Below are positions 25,446-37,053 of a DNA stretch of 64,000 nucleotides, one piece after another. The number at the start of each line of letters is the position of its first letter. The stretch's first letter is position 1. The notes beneath the pieces were generated by a model that worked only from the letters and a program-made list of their open reading frames with translations, did no database searches and was not told where the DNA came from. Position numbers and translations under genes: made by a program. Origin of the DNA: Heterodontus francisci (taxonomy: Eukaryota); assembly GCF_036365525.1 (NCBI RefSeq), contig NC_090404.1:5456001-5520000 (forward strand), in the 5' to 3' direction.

Positions 25446-26640
25446 TGTCGCTGTCCGCTCTGTAAAAGGGGAGTTGGATATTTGAAGACACCCGTTCTAA
25501 TCCCCACCCTCAGTAATCTGCTGTCGAGACTCAGGATTCTCTCACCTCACTTCCTTGCGTCCTCAGTGGTGCTGACAGCTGGCTGTCAGTGAATGGAAAC
25601 ACCCCGAGCTGGGCTGCAGTCACTGTCCTTATATGGGGAATGGTTCCGCTGTTAGAGACCTGGGGCGGGGACTGAAATCCTTGTCTAGTTATTGTAACCG
25701 GAAACATGGGATTGTTAATGGATTTGGTTTATTCTGGCGTCCATTCTTCCTCTCAGATTCCAGTAACTTCACCATCAGCACACTGGTAACTGTGAATCCA
25801 GTGAGATTTCCCTCACCGATCAGTTAACTAGTGAACTCACAATGATTATATATTTTGTCGGAGTGATTTATAAGATCCGTCATATGAGAACGATGATATC
25901 TGCTGTTACTGAACAAACAACTGAATAGCCAAAAAACGTATAAACTCTCACTGTTATTTGAATAGCGTTTCCAGCACTTTTGTTTACATTTAACATGGTG
26001 TTTTCATCCTTGTTGTTGAATTCTGACACTCTTATTGTTCGTAATTGTTAATTTAAACACCCATAATCCTCAGAGTTTGGATTTGTGATTAGCGAGAACT
26101 GAGGTAACGCCACATCTGTGCTTTTGTTTTAGTAATTTCAGCTCATCCGCTGAAAGTGAGCGGGAGCAGGACACGGAGAGCGGGTTCAAAATCTGCAGGA
26201 TGAGGTGTAGGGCGGGTTCTCATTAACAAATACTCAACATCAGCAGGACATGAAGAACTGTTGTTAAACTTCCACTCACATTAGTAAAACATGTCGAGCA
26301 GAAAATGAACCGAACTACAGGTGGTTTCAATTTGTTTTTCGCTTCTTTAACATCGATCCCCACTAACGGTTCAGTTAATGTCTTCAGAAATCAGATCTCA
26401 GGGTATGTCTGTCATTGACATTTCAATATTCTTTACCCCATCCTCCAACCTTCCATTCGCTTGTCCTGCCCATTGGTTATTATCAATCCTTCGATAAGTG
26501 GATGCATCTTTGTGAGGATTGCTGTCCGATGTACTTTCCTAATTCATTGAGGAAAATTGATTTCAACTGTTAAACTTATTGGAGAAACAAACATCATCTC
26601 GCTGCCCGGGGTCTGATCCATAAAAGAAACATTGTTATCT

Positions 26641-26655
26641 GACGCCCTCTGGTGG
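26641..26655 (-). promoter_or_regulatory. CTCF-like motif
   Basis: CCACCAGAGGGCGTC. Confidence 0.6.
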
Positions 26656-27148
26656 ATATACTGAGAAGTGGTCAGATGGCAGTGTACAGGGTGTGAGAAA
26701 TTCTGCCTTAAGACATCGGTTTGATCCGGCAGCTCCTGTTTAGAGAAAGCCCGATTGCAGCCGTTCTGAATTTATATGCCGAGTAGACACAAAGGTCTTA
26801 AACCTTTAAACCTGAAGACTGCAAGAAGGAAATGTCTTCAATTATGCGTAAAGAATGGAGACAGGCGATACTGAGGAGCAAGTAGACAGGGAAAGGGCAT
26901 AGAAATTCACAAATAGTTTCAAGGCACCAGAGACTGAATAAAAAGTTCATTTTTCTTATAATTTTCCGTGGTAATCACACACTAATAGGAATACACAATG
27001 GACATCGGCTGTTGTTGTTGATTGTTTGTGTTTTCTTGCAATTTGCAGAAGGTTCCTGCGACTCTCACAGAGGAGGTTGAAATATTGCTTTCTGGTTATC
27101 GGTGTGAGGGCGTCCTCTTGTGAGCTCTAACTGGAACTTTCAGTGTGG

Positions 27149-27385
27149 GGTTTCTCTCCGGGATCCGCTGTTCTTCTGCAGGTAGGAGAGAATCAGTCAG
27201 TGAAGTCGGGGTTCCGGTTTACTATCCCTCGATAGAGATAAAACACGAATTGTGGAGGCAGCCCGGCGTGATGACTGTACCAGAATGGAGAAGGGTTAGA
27301 AGTGCTGTTTTCAAAGTACAGGTTAGTGTGATATTACTTTCCTCTTCAACCATCATTTCAGGAACCGGCTGTTCTGGTGGCTTCA
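27149..27385 (-). pseudogene. TCR V pseudogene, same family as the 56792 V
   Basis: EQPVPEMMVEEESNITLTC, a frameshift, then FWYSHHAGLPPQFVFYLY...NPDFT. The 3' end and heptamer are deleted; a spacer/nonamer remnant survives. Confidence 0.7.
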
Positions 27386-27699
27386 TATTAGAATACAAAA
27401 AGTAGTCTCAGTAATAATGAGCATCAACATCATATGGATGAATATAACTGTCAACACCACCATCACTGGCATTTCACCTATAATAACTGCTCCACTACAG
27501 CAGATAAGGTAGGAGGGGATGGGGGATTTCACTGCACTGCCGATCTAACGAATATCAAACAAGGAACAGCGGAAGCAATCTCTTCAATAAAACAGTGCAG
27601 GCAAGTCCGAGAGGGAGCAGCAAACTGAAGCTGTAGGACTGAAAAAGCAAAGAATTCCAAGGAAGAACAGAAGACCACAACCCAGCTCGTTTTCTCGCA

Positions 27700-28922
27700 A
27701 TTCCCTAAAAGATTCTGTGAAGGTCAGTGCCTTAATTCATCTTGTTTCCCGTATTTCAAGAAGGCCTGCTAAATTACTTTTCAACGCGGCCTGGAGACAA
27801 CTAATTCTGGACGATTCTAGAGATCCTGTCTACGTGTGCTCGGAGGTTTGACTGTGTGCCAATTGGTGCAGTGTGTCTCATCTGCAATTTTTTTCAGGGA
27901 TGGGCAAGTGATCTGTTTTTCTTTGTCTGTAATAGAACTCTGACCTAAAAAAAAATCCCTTTTCCTTTTCTTTCGGTTAACTGGAATATATATGTGTGCG
28001 TGTGTGTGTGTGAGTGAACTTCTAAGGTACAGGGGACGTTTTAAAATTTAATGTTGGATTTTTAAAACTTCGATCTACGTGATATTGTTTTACTTCATTA
28101 CTAGTTAAGACGTGTCTTATCATAAACTGTTAATTTGTTGTTATGTAAAGAGACCTGGTTAGTGTATTCTATTCTGGGGGGAAATAATGCATCTGATTGA
28201 CAGTTTCCAAAAGTGGGAAAACTTTAAACACTCCCCCCTGCTCTCATGCTCACATCTCTGTCCTGGGATTGCTGCAGTGTTCCAGTGAACATCAACGCAA
28301 GCTCGAGGAACAGCATCTCATCTACCGAACATTGAGTTCAATAATTTCAGAGCATGACAGCCCCCATTTAACTTTCATTTTTAGTTATTTTTTCTTTTTT
28401 CTTTTTTTACATTTTTTACAATTTTTTTTTTTTGCATTTATTTCATTTCATCTTAGTTTGTTCAGTTTGTTTACCCACTGGTTTTTTTTACATGTTTGCA
28501 CTTGCTGCTGTACAATATTCAGTACGTTAAAACCTTATCTGTACTAATGCTTTGTCTTTCAACACACCATTAACATATTGTTTGCCTTTGCTCCATGACC
28601 TTTTGGTCAGCTATGTGGCCTTGTCCAATCTACACCTTCCCCTTTGTTATTTCTTGCCCCACCCCCACCTCACTTGCTTACAACCTGTGACATTTCTAAT
28701 ATTTGTCAGTTCCGAAGAAGGGTCACTGACACGAAACGTTAACTCTGCTTCTCTTTCCACAGATGCTGCCAGACCTGTTGAGTGGTTCCAGCATTTCTTG
28801 TTTTTATTTCAGATTCCAGCATCCGCAGTATTTTGCTTTTATAATCTTTAAAGAATGTTGTGACCTGTGGGAAAGTGGGACTGAATTAACAGTGCACTCC
28901 TCCAGCCTCTGTTGTAATATAA
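27700..28922 (+). mobile_element. LTR-like relic interrupted by a Penelope-like fragment (28225-28845)
   Basis: The PLE part matches 16565-17320; the 3' end resembles the element at 11609. Confidence 0.55.
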
Positions 28923-28949
28923 CATTCAAATGTAAAAGACAATTGGATA

Positions 28950-31900
28950 AATACTTGACGTGTAAAACTTATGTATCAAACAGACAGGTTGCGTGTGCTC
29001 TTTAAAGTTGCTCCCATCAAGCAGATGAGAGTTGGTGTCTGCATGGACATTAGGACCCTGCGGCAGTCCATCCGGCGGTAACGTGAGGTCGATTCAACCG
29101 TCCGCCATGTTTGTGTGCTGAGCTGTGCTCCAGAGGTGCCCTCTTGCCCTGACTATCGTTTCCCCATCTCCCCTGTCAGATTACTGGAGCTTTTGACCGC
29201 GGCTTGTTCACAGGGTTTATTTGATCAGTGTTGCTGGCTCAGAGGCAGTTTATATGCAATGAACTGATTTCAGAAGATAGTGACTGTGACCTTTAAAACA
29301 AGCCCCAAGAACAGAGTTCCCCCAATGTACATTATCCTTCCAAGTGTCTCTTCATTCTCTGTAAATGCAACTGGAAACTCTGAATATTACAGACCAGGAA
29401 ATTAATCATTACTGAATTGAAACATCATTTCAAATACAAACCACAGAAGGGCGGGGTGGGGAGGTGGGGAGGTGGGGTGGGGGTGGGGAGGTGGGGTGGG
29501 GAGGTGGGGAGGTGGGGTGGGGGGTGGGGAGGTGGGGTGGGGCTGGTGGTGGGTGCTGAAGCATTTGTTTAAATGACAGGGGGAGTTTATTCCTTGTGTA
29601 CATTGTGTATATCAACCTGGATATTGACAATGTCACTGGACTGTCTCATTTTGTAACCTAACCCTCAGTTGCTGGACTGAGAGAAGCTGCCGGGTCTGAG
29701 GCGCCGTCCTTCAGATCAGACATTTAACCTAGGCCCCGCCAGCCCGTTCAGGGAGATGTTAAAGAAACCCCCGGCACTATTGGAATAAGAGCGGGGAGGC
29801 AGGATTCCCCCGGTGTCCTGGGCCCACATTCCACCCTCAACAAACACCACCCAATAAAAACACAGGGAGCGACCTCCCAGATCATTACTGTGGGGGAAAG
29901 GAGGGCGGCCGCCTCTACTGACAGAACAACTCCCCCAGCCCCACCCCCTGTACATCAGACTAATGTGGGAGGGGATTTCACATCGGACTCACAGACCTAA
30001 TGAAGCGACAAAAAACTGCAGGTTCCCTCTTTAAACCTGTCACTTATTCACATAACACACAGTCAGAGACCCGGGAACCGTGCGGCCCATCAATGATCTC
30101 TGGGACACTGTCCTCTGCAAATCCGCTAAAGTATTTCAGTCCATCTCTGAGGTCCAGTCTCCGGTAATAGCGTCTGAGCCGACGAAGGCCACAGCAGGGA
30201 AAAATAGGAAAAAATAAAATGAAAGGCTCTATATCTGAATTTACGCAGCATTTGTAAGAAGACAGATGAACTAACGACACAATTGGGGATTAATATATTT
30301 GATCTTGACGCCATTGCTATGACATGCTTACAGGGTGACTAAAGTTAGGAACTAAATATACTTGACTTGACTTTTGGAAAAACTAGACAAAATGAAAAAG
30401 GAAACGGGATAGGCCAGATAATAAATGATGAGATAAAGGCAGTCGTGAGAAAGGATCTTAGACCAAATGTTAGGATCAAAAATTAGTACGGAGCTACGAA
30501 ATAAGAAAGCGCAGAAAGCACGAGTGGATTTAAAGCAATCATGTTAGATGGAGTATAAATCAGCAAGTTAGAGGAGCATGTAATATGGCGAATGCAATAA
30601 TCCTGGGGGAACTGTAATCTCTATATAGGGTAAGCAAACCAAATTGACAAAAGTCGATTGGAGGACGAGATTCTGGAATGCATTCGAGACACATATCTCG
30701 AACAATATGTCGAGGAAACTAACTACGGAATTGACTATCTAATGTTTTGTAACGAGACTGTATTAATTCATAATCTTAAAGTAACGGATCCTCTGGGAAA
30801 GAGTGATCATAACATGATAGATGTCATACTTAATTTGAGAGTAACGTGGTTAAGCCCGAAACTAGGGTGTTAAAATTAAAAAAGGCCAATTACAGAGGGA
30901 TGAGGGGTACACAAGCTGAGCTAGATTGGGAGTTTAGATTAAAATATATAATGTTCAACAAGCAATGGCAAACATTTAAATAAATAATTCCCAATTCTCA
31001 ACGAACATACATTCCCTTGAGGAATAGAAAACTCCACTGGCAAACTGGTGTGGCGATGGATAGCCCGGGAAGTTAAGGACAATATACAATTGGAATAAGA
31101 AGAATACAATGTTGTCAGAATAGTAAGACTGCAAAGGATGATCACAAAATGATAAAGAGGGGACAAATAGAATATGACAGCAAATTAGCAAGAAGTTTGA
31201 AAACAGATTGTAAGAAATTCTACATGTATGTTCAAACGAAGGGAGTAGTGAAAGTAAACGTGGCCTCTTAGAAGCAGAGACAAGAGAATTTATAATTGGG
31301 AAGAAGGAAATGGCCGACACCTTAAACAGATATTTATGTGTCTGCGTTTGTAGTAGAGGAGGCAAATAACATAATGGAAACTGTGGAGAATCAAGTGTCT
31401 AATTAGAGAGAAGGAGTTAAAATAATTAATATCAATAAAGAAAAGATACAGGAAAAAATAATGATATTAAAATCTCACAAATCCCCTAGAAGCGATTTCC
31501 AAAGCCTAGGGTTTTTAAAGAGGTATCTACAGAGATAGTGGAATTATTGCTTTGATCTCAGAATTCTCTAGATTCTGGAACAATACCCGTGGATTAGAAG
31601 GTAGAAAATGCAACCTGTTGTTCCAGAAAAGAGATACAGAGAAAACATGGAACTATAGGCCAGCTAGCATCATTACGATATACAAAATACTAGAATCTAT
31701 TATTGGGAACATAGTGATAGGGAAATCGGAAATTCATAATACAATTAGGCAGAATCAAAATGGCTTTATGAACGAGAAATCCTACTTGACAAATCTATTT
31801 GCGTTTTTGAGATTTCACTAAAAGGTAGTTAATAAAGAAACCACATTCTCCAGCCTTATTCATTATCTGTTATGGGATACCTCTTGCAAGGCGTTTTGCA

Positions 31901-34100
31901 AAAAAAAAAACCCAGATACAGTGCATTCAGTGCGTTACCATCGCCTACTCTCTCTGTTACCTCCAAAAAATCAATAATACTATCCGTTTTGACAGGAATC
32001 ACAATCACAGAGCGTTAACGTGCCGGTACAGAAAGCAATTGGGAAGGGAATTGATATGTTCGCCTTTATTGCAAGGGCGTTGGAGTGCAAGAGTAAGGAC
32101 GTCTTGCTACAATTATCTAGCGCTTTGCTGAGACTAAATCTGTTGTTGTCATTGACTGAATATTCGCAGCACTTCAGTTGACAGGAGTCCAAATATTTAC
32201 AGTTCGCTGAATGAAGGAATTACTTTTGATCACAGCCCTTGGCTGCTTCAGAGAACCAACACGGACACGACGGGCCGAATGAGCTCCTTCTGACCTGTAA
32301 CCACATATTGAATCTATATCATTCATTGACCTTGGCCTTTGATCCCTAGTTCCAGGTTCTCCACATTGGCCATATGGTCTACTGTTTCTCATCGCTCTTA
32401 TATTGTTACCTTGTGTTCTTAATAATACCACAGGACAATTCAGGAGGAACGTCTTCACTCAGGGAGTGGTTGGAATGTGCAACTCGCTATCACGTCGAGT
32501 AGTTGATAGGAACAAAATCAATGCATTCAAGGGGAAACTACCATAACACATGAGAGAGAAAGAATGGAGTGATACCTTCATAATGTGAGGTAATATAGAG
32601 TTGTAAGTTGGCTCGTGTGGAGCATAAGCACCGCATGGACAGGTTAGGCCGAATGGCCTGGTTATGCTGTGCATCTGGGTTGGTCTATGTAATACATGTT
32701 TCTCGTGTATGAGAGATAGGTTTGCAGGAATCCATCTGTATCCTTGGTTGCTGTTAATGAAAATAACAATTGGCAGTGAGCGAGTCAGGTCGAGCTACTA
32801 ATGTTGTGACAAAAGGAGCACAGGAACAGCCGAGAGAACGAGTGCAGATTGGAAGAAAGTAAATTTAGAACCAGCAAGAAATAATTCACCGAAAGGGAGA
32901 AGAATACCGGACTTCGCCGGCCAGACGGGAGTCTGGAGATACCGATCTCAGGGCTGTTCAAATACAATACAAAGCCGGGAAGTGAGCTTTGCTGGAGGGA
33001 CGGACTGCGACTGGACTCTGGACTTTTCCTCAATTTTGGATTTCTAATACTCCTGAGAAAATACATCAACAGCAATCCACACCTATCTGGAAAGATTCAA
33101 TAGCCTGAGGTTTTTTTTTATCTCTGGTAAAGAGAAGACCTCGAGGAGACCTGGTGGACATAATTAAAATGCTAAAGTTGTTCGCTCGGGTGCAGGTGGA
33201 GAAAATGTTTTCACTTGTCGGCGAATCCAGAACAAAGAGCCATAAATATAAGAAATTCACCGACAGAATAAATAAAAACATTAGGAAGAATTTATTGACA
33301 CAGAGTGGAACTGTCTGCCACAAGGAGTAGTTGCAGAATATAGGATTGATGCACTTCAGGGGAGGCTTGAAAAATACAATAGAGAGAAAAGAATAAAGGG
33401 ACAAAGAGGTCAGGATGGGAAGAGGTAATGAAAGTGGGAGGAGCCTCCTGTGGAATATAAAATCAGGCACAGACCAAGTGGGCCAAATGTCTCTTTCCTG
33501 CTCTGCAGATTCTGTACAATATTAACGCACAGGGTAGATGTCAGCCAATGGGCTGTAGGAATTGAATTTGTCAGAGAGATGAAAGAGCAGGTTCCCAGTG
33601 AGTAACAGTAAAAACAACCGCGGAAACTGCACAGACTGAAACCAACCGACAACTGAGAGACTTTGGGACAAGTTCCCAGGATGGCAAAATCCCAAAATAG
33701 TCACAAAATGAACGACCCAGACGCAGAAATAAAATGAAGTACCCATATAAATCTGAGATTAAAGTGAAATGGGGCAAAACAGGCCCCTTCTTGGGAAAAA
33801 ATTAAACACATCGAGCTTGAGGCAGGCAGGAGTTCCCTTGAAGCGTGTAACTGCAGTTAAGCTCTGATCTTCAACACACAGATGTTAAGCGTCACTTGGC
33901 TCAGTCGTGCTCATGAATCTCACTGCTTCCTGTTGGAACTTTCCGTGCTCAGTTAAACATATCACAGTGAGACAGAGCACGACGAGAGCTGGACAAAAAC
34001 CTCAACATGGTGGGGATTACAGACACACAGTGATAGAGAGCACGGAGAGAGTTGTACAAAAACCTGAACAAGGTGGGAATTACAGACACACAGTGATCAC
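28950..34100 (+). pseudogene. Third, diverged NAR-TCR cassette lacking both coding modules
   Basis: Colinear with 330-747, 2572-3259, 5308-6940 and 8750-9535. It jumps over leader-V-D-J at ~30162 and over the supporting V at ~33962. Confidence 0.8.
33963..34095 (+). repeat. Orphan tandem 23-RSS array (two full RSSs plus a third heptamer)
   Basis: CACAGTG at 33963, 34026 and 34089; ACAAAAACC at 33993 and 34056; 63-bp period; truncated by a CR1 3' end. Confidence 0.9.
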
Positions 34101-36518
34101 AGAATTATAGAATTGTTACAGCGCAGAAGGAGGCCATTCGGCCCATCCTGTTCGCACCGGCTCTCTGAAACAGCAATTCCCTCAGTCCCACTCTCTTTCG
34201 TCTGTTTGTGTGTGCTGGAATTCTCCGTAAAGTTTCTACTAAAAGACTACCAATTTCAAAATCCAAATAGACCTGTTGCTATATTCCTCGTTGACAGAAT
34301 TGTGTGACACCTGCTGCAGTTGAAATGTTTTGAATACCTATCTATTAAAGACTGTTTTGTCGCCTGGAGACTTCGAGTGGCATCTGCTTATTGTACTCTG
34401 GGACACCTCATCAACCGGGAACGTAACCCAGCAGGACTTAAAAAGCAGCCACTTATTTTATTCCCAAGAAATACTATGTTTAAAACTGGTTAAACATTGA
34501 TTTTTGAATATCTGGACTGAATGTTAATCACGTGCCCGTGTTCCGCGGCGACGCGCTTTCAACTCGGCGGCCGCCGACACAGAGGTGCCGCGGAGGAACT
34601 CCCATGATATTACATGCGGGGTGGACCACCGGCAACGGCGTCAGGCGCCACAGCGCAGGCGCCGGCGCCATTTTTAAAGGGCTTTAAGCCCACAGATGAA
34701 GTTTTATTTTTTAAAGGCAAAGTATACGACATTTTTTATTAAACAGGTAATAAAGATATGAGGCCCTTCCCCAACCCATCAATGGTCATTTCAATTCCCC
34801 AGAATAATCAAAACATGCCTTTTTTTCCCTACCTGAACTTTACCCACAACTTCTAACATTTGGCCTATAACCCTTTCTAACCATCCCCACATCTAATAAA
34901 AATTGTTCCCCCCGCTTCTCTACCCCTCCCGCCCTGAAAATTGTATTCATCCACCCTCCCCACCAGGTTCTCAACTCAGAACTCGGTGCGCAGTTCCGAA
35001 GGTGCGCGAAAGATGAACGGTGGCCGTAAAATCGGTGTGGGATGGCCGTTTCCTGCAGTTAAATTTATTTGCATCACATTTGGTACAATATGCATATGTA
35101 GATGACCCAGGCGGCGGGGGTGGCGGTGGGAGGGGATGGGGGGGTGGTGGTGGCGGTGGTCGTGCGTGAGTGGTTGAACTAAGGTTCCCACGCTGCCGGT
35201 AATAGGCTCCGGGTCCTCACCGATGTCACGGGTCACGGGTCGAGGCGGGCCTCTCTTTGCAGAATTTTACCGGTCCCCGCTCCATGACCCATGACATCGA
35301 GGTGCTGGTAAAATTCAGCCCGATGTGTGTGTGCATGGGGGGAGGGTGGTTATGACAATAAAGAAGTTATAAGGTCTTTAGCCATAAAGTTATCTCAATA
35401 GTGTTTAAGATTTAGTTTATTAATAAATAGCTAATTTGTTGTCGTCTAAGGTTTCCAGGTTTTAGTGTATTTTACTCTGGAGATTAATAAAATGTTTAAT
35501 GTGTCTGTTTTCTGGTGGGTGGGACAACTTTAATACTATGGTGCGACCTGTGGAGTGGTGGCACTGAATTGACAGTGCATTACTCCCACCTCGGTCTTGA
35601 CAGTTCCCATAACATAGGTCGGATCAGGAAAGAGTTTCTGTTTAGGGATCATGAGCAGCTCGGGCTAAATTAAAAAAATAGAACCTCAAAGGCAATAATC
35701 TCTGGATTATCTTGTGAAGAGGACACGGGGGGGGCTACAAAGGGATATAGATAGGTTAAGTGAGTGGGCAAAGTCCTGGCAAATGGAGTATAAAGTGAGC
35801 AAGTGTGGAAATGTCCACTTTGGCTGGAAGAATAAAAAAGAAGCGTATTATCTAAATGGTGAGTGATTGCAGAGCTCTGAGATGCAGAGGGATGTGGGTG
35901 TCCTAGTGCATGAATCAGAAAAGGTTAGTATGCAGGTACAGCAAGTAATTCGGAAAGCTAATAGATTGTTGTTGTTTATTGCGAGGAGAATTGAATACAA
36001 AAGTAGTGAGGTTATTTTTCATCTATAGAGGGCATTGGTGAGACCACATCTGGAGTATTGTTCCTTATTTAAGGAAGGGTGTAAATGCGTTGGAGGCAGT
36101 ACAGAGAATAACACCTGGAATGTGTGTATTACAAGGAAAGATTGGACAGGCTAGGTTTGTATCCGCAGGAATTTAGAAGAGTAAGAGGCGACTTGATTGA
36201 AACATATAAGATCCTGAAGGGTCTTGACAGGGTGGATGTGGAAAGGATGTGTCCTCTTGTGAGAGAATCTGGAACTAGGGTTCACTGTTTAAAAATAAAG
36301 GAACACCCATTTCAGACAGAGATGAGGAATTTTTTCTCTCTCAGAGGGTGTGAGTCTTTGGAATTCTCTTTCTCAAAAGGCGGTGGAAACAGAGTCTTTG
36401 AATATTTTTAAGGCAGAGGTAGATCGATTCTTGATAAGGAAGGGGGTGGAAAGTTATCGCGGGTAGGAGGGAATGTGGAGCAAACAGTTCAGCCATGAAT
36501 TTATTGTTGGTACGTTCA

Positions 36519-36747
36519 GGTTTTTGTACAGCTCCCTCCCTGCTCGGTGTCGCTGTTTGTCTGTAATTGCCAACATGTTCAGGTTTTTGTACATCTCTTT
36601 CCGTGCTCTGTATCATTGTGCCATGTCCGTGAACCCCACCATGTTCAGGTTTTTGTACAGCTCTCTCCGTGCTCTGTATCACTGTGACTGTAATCCACAC
36701 CATGTTCAGGTTTTTGTACAGCTCTCTCCGTGCTCTGTATCACTGTG
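36519..36747 (-). repeat. Tandem array of four 23-RSSs
   Basis: Heptamers at 36741-47, 36680-86, 36614-20 (CACAATG) and 36551-57 (degenerate); nonamers GGTTTTTGT at 36709, 36648, 36582 and 36519. Confidence 0.95.
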
Positions 36748-37053
36748 CTATGCGCCGACTCAGTGCACAGTAATACACAGCGGAGTCGCTCAGTTGTAAT
36801 TTGGAGATTTCTAACCGGCTGATTTTCTCGGCAGGATCGATAGAAGCAGAAATTCGTCCCCCGGCTGCAGTCTTTTTATTCTGCGCTCCTGAGTTGAGTA
36901 CTTGAAGCAGGTATTTCGGAGTCTGCCCTGTGGACTGACTGTACCAGTTTACTGTGTACTGACAGATCCCGGAATATTTGCAGCTGAAAGTAGCAGTGTC
37001 CCCGGCAGCAGCGGTTTGTCGAAGCGGACTCTGGGAGACCAGGGAACTGGAAT
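36748..37053 (-). CDS. Leaderless supporting TCR-delta V exon, cassette 2
   Basis: ORF 36740-37078; the protein is identical to that of 10030-10335. Confidence 0.9.

Noticed and set aside
29450-29555. G-rich repeat with G-quadruplex potential (also poly-G at 20836 and poly-C at 56871)
   Set aside because: Simple-repeat expansion absent from the paralogous site at ~2640; no evidence of function.
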